Positions 51,554 through 61,956 of a DNA stretch of 64,000 nt are shown here, one piece after another. The stretch's first letter is position 1; each line of letters opens with the position of its first letter. The notes under the pieces were generated by a model. That model searched no databases. It was not told where the DNA came from and saw only the letters and a program-made list of their open reading frames with translations. Source of the DNA: Thermoplasmata archaeon (lineage in GTDB: Archaea; Thermoplasmatota; Thermoplasmata; GCA-020350865); NCBI GenBank assembly GCA_020348445.1, contig CP070751.1, positions 2,197,613 through 2,261,612 on the forward strand, given 5' to 3'. The translations under genes and the position numbers were made by a program.

Positions 51554-52036
51554 ATGCAAAGGCACAACAGCCTTATATCGGCAGATATGAGGATTCTCCT
51601 CCATCTGTTGAACTATCATGGTTTTATAAGTCAATTTGATGTACCTATCGGATTAACAAAGATTGGTATTGCACAGAAGTGTTGTATAAGTTATGGTTAC
51701 GCACCCCGGATTCTTAACAAACTGATGGAAGATGGTTATGTTCAGGAGTGTTATGGACGTACGAAATGTAGTAGAAAAAAACAAAAATATTACGTTCTCA
51801 CAGATGACGGGATAAAATATGCACGAGAATTAAAAAAAGGATTATCAAACTTATCGATCATATTGAAACTATCAAATAATACATTGAAAACAATGAAATT
51901 AAAGAATATAAATCCTTATTTAGAGAAAAAGAAAATTTGCTTTGGAATTACTGAGATGGAAATCTATTCAACTCTTACAAAGGATTGTACACTCTATATT
52001 GAATCTCTAAAAAATATAAGAGAAACACTTCGTTGA
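51554..52036 (+). CDS. Winged helix-turn-helix protein, the only plus-strand gene in the array
   Basis: ILLHLL..LTKIGIAQKCCISYGYAPRILNKLMEDGYVQE..KQKYYVLTDDG; start set at the ATG at 51554. Confidence 0.75.
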   Translation: MQRHNSLISADMRILLHLLNYHGFISQFDVPIGLTKIGIAQKCCISYGYAPRILNKLMEDGYVQECYGRTKCSRKKQKYYVLTDDGIKYARELKKGLSNLSIILKLSNNTLKTMKLKNINPYLEKKKICFGITEMEIYSTLTKDCTLYIESLKNIRETLR

Positions 52037-52068
52037 TCTTCCTAGGGAGTGCCAAAGATTATGGATTT

Positions 52069-54375
52069 TCATAAAGGTATAATCCAAGTTTTCTTAACCT
52101 TTGAATGAATGTAATAACCTCTTCCAATTTCGAAGTAATCTGACTCGCCGAGCCTTTCCCATTTTTGAATTGAAGAGTTGTAAGTCCAAATCGCATCAAC
52201 ATCTGAACCATAGGTGATGTTATTCAATCCATCTGTTCTGTTGTAGCTAACCAGAGAGGGATAACCTACCAGATTCCAACCTACATTAAGAGATACACTT
52301 TGATTTTCATTTGGTAGGGTGCCGTTCCATACGAAAATTGTTACTCCGGACTGAATGATATGTATCCAAACACTCATTGTGTGATTAATAGTACTTAAAT
52401 CATTCAGATGAGATGGCTTTGAGATATGGTAATGTTTCCAAGAATCAGAACCATCGAATGCATTATACCATTGAACCGCGTCGTATAGCCCATCTATAGA
52501 ATTTAGGATATTGCTAAGGTTGAAATTAGATTGGATATATGGGATTGATACCAAATTCCAACCCTTAAAAAGAGGGGTGCCGACACCAATTGTTCTATTT
52601 GCTATATTATTGGTTTCATTACTTTCTGGAATTAAATTATCAGGATCAATGACCACATAGATATTATGCCAACCAATAGGTGTGGCAATCCAATCCATCT
52701 CCACCCATCCGATTCCACCAAGAGCTGGAATTGATGAGATTAGTTCTTCACCTATTAGGTTAGTTAATGAAGGATCATCATAGACTCTAACCACGATATT
52801 TGATGCATTTTCAGGACCGATATTGCGAATGGTTGCATTGATTACAACCATAGTATTGTTTTTCACGATACTTGTAGGCTTGAACGCGATATCATTTAAA
52901 GTTGAAGTGAGATCCGATAGAATCGTTCCCCCACTCTCTATAAATATTTCAGTATGAGATATGGACATGTTCACATTCCTTGGGTTATTATCAAATGTCA
53001 TGGATGGATATGATATCTCAACAGTTGTGATGTTTTCCGTTGCTGTAATGCTACCGATGTATATTCTATCTGTTATCAATAGCATATGTATATATCCATC
53101 GTCACCAGTTTGAAAATCGTTGCCACCAAAACCGAATGTTTGATAGATTGGTTTTCCGTTATCAGTTATGTTAATGTCTACACCCGATATTGGTGTAGAA
53201 GTTAAATTAAGGACCAATAAACTCAAGAAATTCTTTATTGTAAGAGTGGAAGATGAATCCAACCATATTTTCGAGTCGTCAAAAATCGTATTTATTGCTA
53301 CGGGAAACGATCCTAAGCACCAAAATGCATAATTGTTATTTTCTAAAGTGCAATTAATAATGGTTGGATTTGTTTCACTTGTGAGCCAGATCCCACGGTT
53401 GGTATTATCCTTTATAATATTATTGATAATTATACTAGTTGTTGGGTCTCTGAAATAGATACCCTCATAATTGTTTTCTATAATATTATTTTCTATATGT
53501 GGATTAGAACTTGATCCTGCAAATATCCCTACATTATTGTTTGAAATTTTGTTATTATTAACTAATGCATTAGATCCAGTAAGTGATATTCCATCATATA
53601 AGTTAGAGATTATATTGTTGTAAGAAATTATTGGAGAAGAGAAAGTGGACATTATACCATATTCATTTGATGTTATATTATTGTATGCGATTAGTCCATT
53701 AGAAGCAAGAAATCCAATTCCAACACCATTATTAAATAGGTTATTATTACTAATTATTGGAGAAGCTTGATTGCAGTATATACCACTCCAATTCTCGATA
53801 TTAAAAATATTATTTCTATATAAGATTACTTCATCAGAATAGATTTCTAATCCGCCAATGGTATTTGGCTCCTCACCCCCAATATAACTCACAAAGCTAT
53901 CCTCTATTGTGGTATTACCATAAATTCTAAATCTATATCTCAATCCATATGTTGTATATTCCCATGGCATACCAGGAAAATATACAACAGGAGTATTTGT
54001 ATCATATGCTGTGATATTTGAATTGTAAACACAGAACTTGCCATTTTGGGTTATGTTTATCTCGAATTCTCCATCAATTGTGGAATTCATTATAAGTGTA
54101 ACGTTTTGGAATGTAAGAATACCACCTAAAATTTTTAGATTTCCGTTCAGAACAATTGTTTGATTTCCCCGATATATATTATCCCCCATTTCTATAATCC
54201 AATCACCATTGTGATAATGTATTTGTCCTTCCCCATGTGGTGGAGGATTGATTTCCGCAATTACATTTATTTTCATAAAATTTGATATGGTGGGCATAAT
54301 AATAATTACAAGGACAACGAGCAGTAATCCAGATGACATATTGCATGTTATAGACTTGGACAAATTTCTTTTCAT
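52069..54375 (-). CDS. Secreted parallel beta-helix + CARDB protein with C-terminal module X
   Basis: ATG at 54375 follows GAGGGAAG; beta-helix repeats; CARDB NATIRNIG..VIDPDNLIPESNETNN; GWNL..WIIPL tail. Confidence 0.85.
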   Translation of the reverse strand: MKRNLSKSITCNMSSGLLLVVLVIIIMPTISNFMKINVIAEINPPPHGEGQIHYHNGDWIIEMGDNIYRGNQTIVLNGNLKILGGILTFQNVTLIMNSTIDGEFEINITQNGKFCVYNSNITAYDTNTPVVYFPGMPWEYTTYGLRYRFRIYGNTTIEDSFVSYIGGEEPNTIGGLEIYSDEVILYRNNIFNIENWSGIYCNQASPIISNNNLFNNGVGIGFLASNGLIAYNNITSNEYGIMSTFSSPIISYNNIISNLYDGISLTGSNALVNNNKISNNNVGIFAGSSSNPHIENNIIENNYEGIYFRDPTTSIIINNIIKDNTNRGIWLTSETNPTIINCTLENNNYAFWCLGSFPVAINTIFDDSKIWLDSSSTLTIKNFLSLLVLNLTSTPISGVDINITDNGKPIYQTFGFGGNDFQTGDDGYIHMLLITDRIYIGSITATENITTVEISYPSMTFDNNPRNVNMSISHTEIFIESGGTILSDLTSTLNDIAFKPTSIVKNNTMVVINATIRNIGPENASNIVVRVYDDPSLTNLIGEELISSIPALGGIGWVEMDWIATPIGWHNIYVVIDPDNLIPESNETNNIANRTIGVGTPLFKGWNLVSIPYIQSNFNLSNILNSIDGLYDAVQWYNAFDGSDSWKHYHISKPSHLNDLSTINHTMSVWIHIIQSGVTIFVWNGTLPNENQSVSLNVGWNLVGYPSLVSYNRTDGLNNITYGSDVDAIWTYNSSIQKWERLGESDYFEIGRGYYIHSKVKKTWIIPL

Positions 54376-54537
54376 TGTTTTACTTCCCTCTGATTTAAGG
54401 AAAATAGATTTGCACTGATCCAAGATTGGTATATATTTCAATCGACCCTTATCTACTTTTCTAGATAGTAACACTGATATTAATAGTGCTCGAAAGAATT
54501 TGTAGTCCTATTCTTGTAGTAATTATTCGGTTCATTG

Positions 54538-55845
54538 CTAGGGGTATGCATATGTAAAGAAATACACATAATCATCAGCACTGCCTGCTACAAAATAGTC
54601 AAAATATTGGGTGGGTTGACAATAGGAATAGCTGATCGCAACTGTGTTTACTGTCCCATTTGTTGTATAATAGTCAATTATCGTATCCGAATCCTGTGCA
54701 ACTAGAGTAACATTATTCTCAGGACTAAAAGTTCCAAACAATCTAAAATTATAAGCCGAGTTATTATCATAAGTAGCCGCGGCAGACCATATTATTCCAG
54801 TTGACCAATTGCGTATTTTATTAGGACTATAATAATAAGATTCTTCGCTTTCATTGTCAAAAGATGTCTGACCTGAAATTACACTGAAAGGTGACCCTGC
54901 TGGCCCTACAGTATCACAATCGGATACTGCAACTGCATAAATATCATCAGGTTCCGCTCTTTTCCAGATATTGTCATCAGTAACATTATCATCATCCGTT
55001 CCCCATATACAATCTTCACCCGCATCAAATTTGTAAACATAACTCGTATTTTGAATAAATGGGTAATCCTCACCTGCTACTATCACCTGACCAGTTCTAC
55101 CTATGTCTATTGTAACATAAGGACCAGTTGTGTTATAAGACCATATCATAGAATGGTGACCTGGCTCAGTGTTGTTATGAAATTCAATTTCTTTATTAGT
55201 GTTACATACTCCAATCCAGTTTCCATTCTCTGATATCTTAACAACTTTTACATAACCTGGTTCTCTTAGTAAAGCTTGACTCCAACACAAAGTACCATTT
55301 GAAGCATAATACACATAGAACGAATTCGAGTTGCTCACGACTACATATGATATATTGATATCATTTTTTAACGGATTTGACACATCTACTGAATACACTT
55401 GAGTACTTGATATACCTCTTGGTCTATCTTTCCATAATAAATTACCTAAAATATCAAACACATAAACATATCCATCAGAACTACCAGCTACTATATATTG
55501 TGCATTCCCTGATATTGCAACATTATGATCTGTACCACGTGTTGAAAAATCTGATAATGTTATGCTATTATTGTACCATCGTAAATTCCCACTCCCATCA
55601 AAAACAGACAAATTGTATTTACTCCCAGCAACCACATACACATTACTTGCGTTAGAATCACCGTCGGAAATATCGACACAAAGGACATCTGACCCTGTAT
55701 TACTGCTCCATTGAAGAACAAGATAACCACTTTGAGCATTTACGCTCTTTGGAATTATTGGGATTCCAACAAATGCTATAACTATCGTAGCAATTAACAC
55801 TATGTTCAAAAATGCTTTCAGAAATTTTATCTCATCCTTCTCCAT
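54538..55845 (-). CDS. Secreted WD40/YVTN-like beta-propeller protein, no X/Y tail
   Basis: Signal peptide ending VNA; repeats VDISDG..VAGS, VAISGNAQYIVAGS..DGYVYVF, VKISENGNWI. Confidence 0.75.
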   Translation of the reverse strand: MEKDEIKFLKAFLNIVLIATIVIAFVGIPIIPKSVNAQSGYLVLQWSSNTGSDVLCVDISDGDSNASNVYVVAGSKYNLSVFDGSGNLRWYNNSITLSDFSTRGTDHNVAISGNAQYIVAGSSDGYVYVFDILGNLLWKDRPRGISSTQVYSVDVSNPLKNDINISYVVVSNSNSFYVYYASNGTLCWSQALLREPGYVKVVKISENGNWIGVCNTNKEIEFHNNTEPGHHSMIWSYNTTGPYVTIDIGRTGQVIVAGEDYPFIQNTSYVYKFDAGEDCIWGTDDDNVTDDNIWKRAEPDDIYAVAVSDCDTVGPAGSPFSVISGQTSFDNESEESYYYSPNKIRNWSTGIIWSAAATYDNNSAYNFRLFGTFSPENNVTLVAQDSDTIIDYYTTNGTVNTVAISYSYCQPTQYFDYFVAGSADDYVYFFTYAYP

Positions 55846-55891
55846 TTTTCTTCCCCCTTATCTTTATGTTGTTACTATTGTGGTACCTATA

Positions 55892-55935
55892 GTATAAAAA
55901 CCTTTTTGGTTAGCTAACCAAAAAACTATTTATAT
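55892..55935. promoter_or_regulatory. 44-bp back-to-back BRE/TATA element with a perfect 22-bp palindrome (type 1)
   Basis: GTATAAAAACC-TTTTTGGTTAGCTAACCAAAAA-ACTATTTATAT. Confidence 0.75.
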
Positions 55936-56061
55936 TAGAAAAGTAGCCAGTTGATAGGAAGTTTTATATATGCAAAAGAATCGAAAAATGAAGTTATTAT
56001 TCAGAACTCAATTATCAACGAAGACATAGTAAATCTAGAACACACACCATCGAATCCAATA

Positions 56062-58749
56062 CTACATCCCTATAAAAGTGAATTTCGTGGTGTCCGAAGT
56101 CGATATCTGATAACCCTCCGTCATCTCCAAGACGGTATCGAAAGCACCTTCGGGCATTACAGTTGAATGCCAATACCACCGCTGTTTACTAATATTAAAA
56201 TAATTGATGCCCTCACACTCAGGAATGTTAATGCAATACCAGTCTGCCATGTGGTTATTATCCATTTTCAGCGGTATCCCCATTGTATCATATCCATCAG
56301 AATATTCCTCAGCCCAAATCCCGATGCTGTATGTGCTCGCACCCTTGATACCGAGGGCGTTGAAAGGAACCACCATGTAATACAACCTTTTTCCTGGATT
56401 GTTTGCCCCTGCACCGACATGGGTGGCGGTGTTGTTTCCAAAACCAACAGGGGGGTCAACCCGATAATAATTAAAATTAAAATCTCCAAAAAAGCCATCC
56501 CTAGTATTTGAATGATAAATCTCGTAATAATCTCCGGGGGCCATACATAATGGCTCCTGCCAGGTCAGGTTCACATCTCCATTTGCTTCAACTGTAGCTT
56601 CAAGGCTCTTCCCATCGAACATCGGGTCAAATCCTGCAAATCCGCTGTTGTCATCGAAACTTATCATAGCCCCAGGCAAACCAGTGAATGTATAGTTAGT
56701 TATGCTGTCGAATTTCACCTCATAGCCTTCGCCGACGGTAATCTGTGTACTGTTATTTCCACCATCCCCGTATTTCATCCAAATGTGTTTTACAGGATCC
56801 ATATATTTGATGTATCTAGCGTTCATGTCTCTTAGATAATAATCTGTGGTCGTGTTCATGGTCTCTAATGGTTCCAGAGGCAGAGAGAAGGTTGATACCC
56901 CTTTTGGGAAACTCTTCGTCCATTTCCCTACAGTTCTGCTGGTTCTACTCACTCTACCGACAACGTTCACAGCCCTTATAATGTAGTAATATTGCTGTTC
57001 GTAGTTGGAATTATTATCATCAGGAAATGCAGCTTTTGTATCATTCCATATAGTTCTTAATGGTATGGGAGACATCTCGCCTGATTCATTATCACTTGAG
57101 GTGTTAACCCATACAGTATTGAAATCGAATCCTGTCTGAGATGATGAGCGGTATATCAAATAATGATCGAGGCCTAAAGTTGAGGGTGGATCCCAATATA
57201 GTATCACATCATTCCCATCAAAGCTCACATTTATATAGAGGATGGGGGGCGGTGGCGGAGGAACCAGCACTGTTAATTCGCAAGTATCTGTATCTATTGA
57301 TCCGTTATTGTCTATTACTCTTAAGGTCGCAATGAAAGAGTCATTTACATCATAGGTATATGTTGGGACAGGACCGAATGCGTCTGGTTGAGACCCGATC
57401 TCCCACCAAAGTCCATCGCTTGCATCAAAGTCCCATTCGTAGGTTATTATTGTGCCGTCAGGATCATAAGAGGCTGAGCCATTGAACTGCACAACATCCC
57501 CTATGTTCACAGTTTGGTCAGGACCTGCATCTGCAACTGGAGGTTGATTAGAGGGATCAGGTACACTTAATTTTATTAACCATATATCCCGATCGCCGGG
57601 ACCATATGACATTGTATTTACCGCGATAATGTAATTATTATCCGAAGTCTGCTGAGCTGAAAAACTCCCGTCTGGTTCATCTCCACCAAAGGTTTTATTC
57701 CACTCCTCATTACCAGAACTATTGGTTTTTATAAGCCATGAGTCTTTGCTACCCGAGCCATAGGATTCTGTGTTTCCACTCAGGATATAACCACCATCGG
57801 AAGTGATACGGACTGAATGGCCCTGATCGTCAGAACTCCCACCAAAGGTCTTATTCCATTGTTCATCACCTAAACTGTCGGTTTTTATCAGCCATACATC
57901 CTCGCCGCCAGAACCATACGATCTTACAATACCGGTAATTATAAAGCCTCCATCAGAGGTCTGCTGGACTGAATTTCCGATTTCGCCCTCACTTCCACCA
58001 AAGGTCTTATTCCATTGCTCATTGCCTAAGCTATCAGTTTTTATCAGCCACACATCATGACTACCAGCACCATAAGACTCTGTTTCACCTGCGATTATAT
58101 AACCACTATCAGAAGTTTGCAGAACTGATCTACCTTCATCTCTAATATATCCTCCTTTACCGAAGATTCTATCCCACTGCTCATTACCGGAAGAATCGGT
58201 TTTTATAAGCAATATATCAGTCTTGGAGCCAGTACCATCCTTGACTTTTCCAACAATTATATAGCCATCATCAGAAGTTTGCTGGACAGAGTATCCTTCA
58301 TCACCTTCTCCTCTCTTGTCGAAAGTTTTATTCCACTGCTCATTACCCGAAGAATCGGTTTTTATAAGCCATATATCCTCAGTGCCACCACTATAAGTCC
58401 CTGTTTGGCCAGTTATTATATAACCCCCATCAGAAGTCTGCTTGGTAGAATAACCTGCATCATAAATATCTCTATTAAAGGTTTTATTCCATTGTTCATT
58501 ACCCAATGAATCCGTTTTAATTAACCATACATCTCCGCCCCAGACACCATAGGAGGTTGTAGACCCTCCGAGAATATAGCCCCCATCAGAAGTCTGTTGG
58601 ACAGAATGTGCTCCATCATTACCGGTTCCACCAAAGATTTTACCCCATTGGATCTCTGGTTGAGCGGTTACATCCTCTGGCACTTCTACCGTAAAAACAG
58701 CAGTAATCATCATAGCAAACAACACTAAGCTCACAAGTTTAGATTTCAT
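56062..58749 (-). CDS. Secreted 7-bladed beta-propeller + PKD protein with C-terminal module Y
   Basis: Seven about 52-aa repeats WNKTF..SVQQTSDGGYII.G...D.WLIKTDS.GNEQ; PKD NQPPVADAGPDQ..YEWDFD; Y tail. Confidence 0.9.
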   Translation of the reverse strand: MKSKLVSLVLFAMMITAVFTVEVPEDVTAQPEIQWGKIFGGTGNDGAHSVQQTSDGGYILGGSTTSYGVWGGDVWLIKTDSLGNEQWNKTFNRDIYDAGYSTKQTSDGGYIITGQTGTYSGGTEDIWLIKTDSSGNEQWNKTFDKRGEGDEGYSVQQTSDDGYIIVGKVKDGTGSKTDILLIKTDSSGNEQWDRIFGKGGYIRDEGRSVLQTSDSGYIIAGETESYGAGSHDVWLIKTDSLGNEQWNKTFGGSEGEIGNSVQQTSDGGFIITGIVRSYGSGGEDVWLIKTDSLGDEQWNKTFGGSSDDQGHSVRITSDGGYILSGNTESYGSGSKDSWLIKTNSSGNEEWNKTFGGDEPDGSFSAQQTSDNNYIIAVNTMSYGPGDRDIWLIKLSVPDPSNQPPVADAGPDQTVNIGDVVQFNGSASYDPDGTIITYEWDFDASDGLWWEIGSQPDAFGPVPTYTYDVNDSFIATLRVIDNNGSIDTDTCELTVLVPPPPPPILYINVSFDGNDVILYWDPPSTLGLDHYLIYRSSSQTGFDFNTVWVNTSSDNESGEMSPIPLRTIWNDTKAAFPDDNNSNYEQQYYYIIRAVNVVGRVSRTSRTVGKWTKSFPKGVSTFSLPLEPLETMNTTTDYYLRDMNARYIKYMDPVKHIWMKYGDGGNNSTQITVGEGYEVKFDSITNYTFTGLPGAMISFDDNSGFAGFDPMFDGKSLEATVEANGDVNLTWQEPLCMAPGDYYEIYHSNTRDGFFGDFNFNYYRVDPPVGFGNNTATHVGAGANNPGKRLYYMVVPFNALGIKGASTYSIGIWAEEYSDGYDTMGIPLKMDNNHMADWYCINIPECEGINYFNISKQRWYWHSTVMPEGAFDTVLEMTEGYQISTSDTTKFTFIGM

Positions 58750-58942
58750 TTTCCATCTTCCCCTATACTCCGCAGTTCCCTCTCGTATTCCTAATGAAAA
58801 ACGAGTATAAATGAAGTGTGGAATGATTTTTGCCTATTATTTATTGTTAATGGAAATTTGTCTGTATCCATTACCTCCTATCTAAAAAAATTATGGCATC
58901 CAATATATATAAATCCTTCTTGATTTTCCTCGAAAATAGTCT

Positions 58943-59008
58943 TTAAAGTGGTACCTGCCAAACATCATCTACCCGGGAATGAATATAGTATCCCTTTCCA
59001 ATCTCGTC
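58943..59008 (-). pseudogene. Second relic of the module X terminus, in frame behind the Y-tailed gene
   Basis: Translates DEIGKGYYIHSRVDDVWQVPL-stop. Confidence 0.85.
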
Positions 59009-59041
59009 ACAAATTGATCTATCTGTGCTTCTGTTCTAATA

Positions 59042-61837
59042 TTATTTCCCGATAAAAGTGAATTTCGTGGCGCTTGAAGTCGATATCTGATAACCTACCG
59101 ACATCTTTAAAACTGTATCAAAAGCTCCCTCGGGCATCACAGTTGAATGCCAACACCACCGCTGCTTGCTGTTATTAAAATAGTTGATCCCAACGGTATC
59201 AGGGATGTTGTCGCAGTACCAATCTGCAGTATAGTTTTCTTTGAGTTTCAGCGGAATGCCAAACGAATCATATCCTCTTGAATATTCTTCAGTCCAAATC
59301 CCGATGCTGTAAGTACTCGTTCCTCTATCACCGGTAACGTTGAAAGGAACAACCAAATAATACAACCGCGCACCTGGATTTGCGGCCTGTGCATCAATAT
59401 GGGTTGCTGTGTTGTTTCCATAGTTTACAATAGGACAAGCAAGGAAATAATCCTCATCAAATGTTCCAAAAAAACCATCCCTTCTGTTCGAATAATATAC
59501 CTCGTACCAACCACCTACACCCATGCCTATTGGTTCTTTCCAAATTATAGATACATTTCCATCAGGCTCAACAGAAACTGTTAGGTTTTTTGATTCAGAG
59601 CTTGTATTGAACCCAAGAAATCCAGTATCATTATTGAAACTAATCATTGCCCCAGGCAAGCCAGTGAAAGTGTAATTGGTCTGGCTGCTAAATTTCACCT
59701 CATAACCTTCGCCCACAATAATCTGCCTATCGTTATTCCCACCATCTCCATGTTTCATCCAGGTGTGAGTTGTGGAGTTCATCCATTTTATGTACGTAGC
59801 GTTCATGTCATTAAGTAAATAGTCAACTGTAATCGGCTGCAAGGGTTCCAATGGCAAAGAGAAGGTTGATACATCCTTCAAGAAAGTCTTTGTCCATTTA
59901 CCAACTGTTCTGCTGGTTGCGCTCACCTGATTACGGTCGTTAAAGGCTCGTATAACATAGTAATACTCTTCATTATAATTTGTAGCATTTCCTGGGAATG
60001 CGGCATTGGTATCGTTCCACATCGTTCTCTCGGGATTTAGTGTTGTTTCATCTGGTTCCATATCTGTTAAGGTATTAATCCATGGAGAACTAAAATCGAA
60101 ATTAGTTGGATCTTTTGAACGATAAATCAAATACGGGTCGAAGTCTTGATCTGATGGTGGATCCCAATTAAGGGTCACATTTTTCTTGTCCGGGCTTACA
60201 TTAATGTAAAGGATTGGGGGTGGTAAAGGCGGTATCGATGCTTCAAAAAGCTCCAACAATGGGTAATTATCTTGGCTGTCAGCATCTATAACATATGGAT
60301 TCTTACCACCACCTGCAACTGATCCATTATCAACTATGCCATCCCTTCCCACCAAATTTTGCTCTCGTCCCAGATAATCGTCATACGCCCCTTCACTTGG
60401 TTCATCGAAATCTGACCAGTAATTACCGCCTGAAGGATAAGAATCGTCCCAGAAATTATCGTTCATATCATCGAATGCTTGATCGGTATTATTAATAATA
60501 TTGTTATGATATATTCTATTATTTGATGATGATTCGAGCGTGATGCCACGCAAATAGTTCAATATTATAGTATTGTTTTTAATAATGTTATTGTTCGAGT
60601 CTCTAATGAAGATGCCCCAACCGTTCCAATATGCTTTGTTGCTGGTTATAGTGTTATTATTTGAAGACCACGAAAGAGAGATGCTATAAAAATTATAAGA
60701 TAAATTGTTTCCTCGCACATTGTTATTGTTACATGAACCGCGAAGCTCAACTCCCTTATTGCTATACGAAACATTATTGTCTTTTATATTATTGTTTGAT
60801 GATGAGTGAAGACTTATACCCTCCGTGCCTCCAAGGGGTACATCATTGTTTGTGATATTGCTGTTTGATATCGAGATGAGTTTGATACCAGAAACGCTAT
60901 CTGAAACCTTATTCCCAGTGATGTTGTTCCCACTGGAATACCAGAACATTATAGTATCATAGTTATCTGAGACGTTGTTGTTTGTAATATTAATATTCGT
61001 GGAGAATGCAACATTTATTCCTATCGTAGTGTCATTTATATGCAAGTTTTTCGCGTTGATATCTGAACAATTGACAAGAATCAATTGTCCAACGGGTATC
61101 CCATCGATATTAAAGCCGCTGCAATCCTTATAGTAATACAAAGGCTTTCCGTTTATAATATTATTAGTTGGTATATCGTGAGAATTGAAGTGTGACAGTT
61201 GATCTCCTCCTAAGCGAATACCACCGGGAGCTATGTTGTTGCTTATAATAGTGTTGTTGAATGAATAATAAACGTAAATACCCCATCGACTATCCCATGT
61301 TGTAACTTTATTATCTGTAATGTTGTTGTTATCGGAATAATCAAGATAGATGCCACATAGGGTCGATACATTATTGCTTACGATAATGTTGTTTGATGAA
61401 TCATCAAGATGGATTCCCCACCTGTTTAATGATATGTTGTTGTTCATAATACTACAATTCTGGACATTGTTTAATTTTATACCTTCTTTAGGAATTGGGT
61501 CACTCCCTATAAGAGTAAATCCTGTGATATTCACCCAATCCTCAGTAATTGTAATAACATCATCAAATAATCCATCGATTATCGTCGTATCCTGATTTTC
61601 CCCTGTCAAATTTATTGTCTTGTTCACTATTATATTTTCATAATAGGTCCCGCTATAGACATAGACTGTATCCCCATCCTTACTTGCATTTATCGCATCC
61701 TGTATTGTGGGATAATCAGTGGGAACATAGATTGTTGCAGCACTGGAGGTTGGTATTAAATTGTTATCAGGAATAATCAACATAGTAATCGATATGATAA
61801 AAAGCATGCTAACTATAATAGATGAGCGTTTTAACAA
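59042..61837 (-). CDS. Secreted parallel beta-helix protein with C-terminal module Y
   Basis: TTG start after AGGAGAG; TIYVPTDYPTIQDAINA head; GGNYWSDFDEPSEGAYD..DSQDNYPL cap; Y tail. Confidence 0.9.
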   Translation of the reverse strand: MLKRSSIIVSMLFIISITMLIIPDNNLIPTSSAATIYVPTDYPTIQDAINASKDGDTVYVYSGTYYENIIVNKTINLTGENQDTTIIDGLFDDVITITEDWVNITGFTLIGSDPIPKEGIKLNNVQNCSIMNNNISLNRWGIHLDDSSNNIIVSNNVSTLCGIYLDYSDNNNITDNKVTTWDSRWGIYVYYSFNNTIISNNIAPGGIRLGGDQLSHFNSHDIPTNNIINGKPLYYYKDCSGFNIDGIPVGQLILVNCSDINAKNLHINDTTIGINVAFSTNINITNNNVSDNYDTIMFWYSSGNNITGNKVSDSVSGIKLISISNSNITNNDVPLGGTEGISLHSSSNNNIKDNNVSYSNKGVELRGSCNNNNVRGNNLSYNFYSISLSWSSNNNTITSNKAYWNGWGIFIRDSNNNIIKNNTIILNYLRGITLESSSNNRIYHNNIINNTDQAFDDMNDNFWDDSYPSGGNYWSDFDEPSEGAYDDYLGREQNLVGRDGIVDNGSVAGGGKNPYVIDADSQDNYPLLELFEASIPPLPPPILYINVSPDKKNVTLNWDPPSDQDFDPYLIYRSKDPTNFDFSSPWINTLTDMEPDETTLNPERTMWNDTNAAFPGNATNYNEEYYYVIRAFNDRNQVSATSRTVGKWTKTFLKDVSTFSLPLEPLQPITVDYLLNDMNATYIKWMNSTTHTWMKHGDGGNNDRQIIVGEGYEVKFSSQTNYTFTGLPGAMISFNNDTGFLGFNTSSESKNLTVSVEPDGNVSIIWKEPIGMGVGGWYEVYYSNRRDGFFGTFDEDYFLACPIVNYGNNTATHIDAQAANPGARLYYLVVPFNVTGDRGTSTYSIGIWTEEYSRGYDSFGIPLKLKENYTADWYCDNIPDTVGINYFNNSKQRWCWHSTVMPEGAFDTVLKMSVGYQISTSSATKFTFIGK

Positions 61838-61956
61838 TTTAACTCTCTCCTAAGGATGGTATTATTCACTTAATTGCACCTTTTCCTTACATTATACAAT
61901 ATTTATATATATACATGTTTCACATGATTTTGAAGGTTCATAAAGATTCCGAGCCT

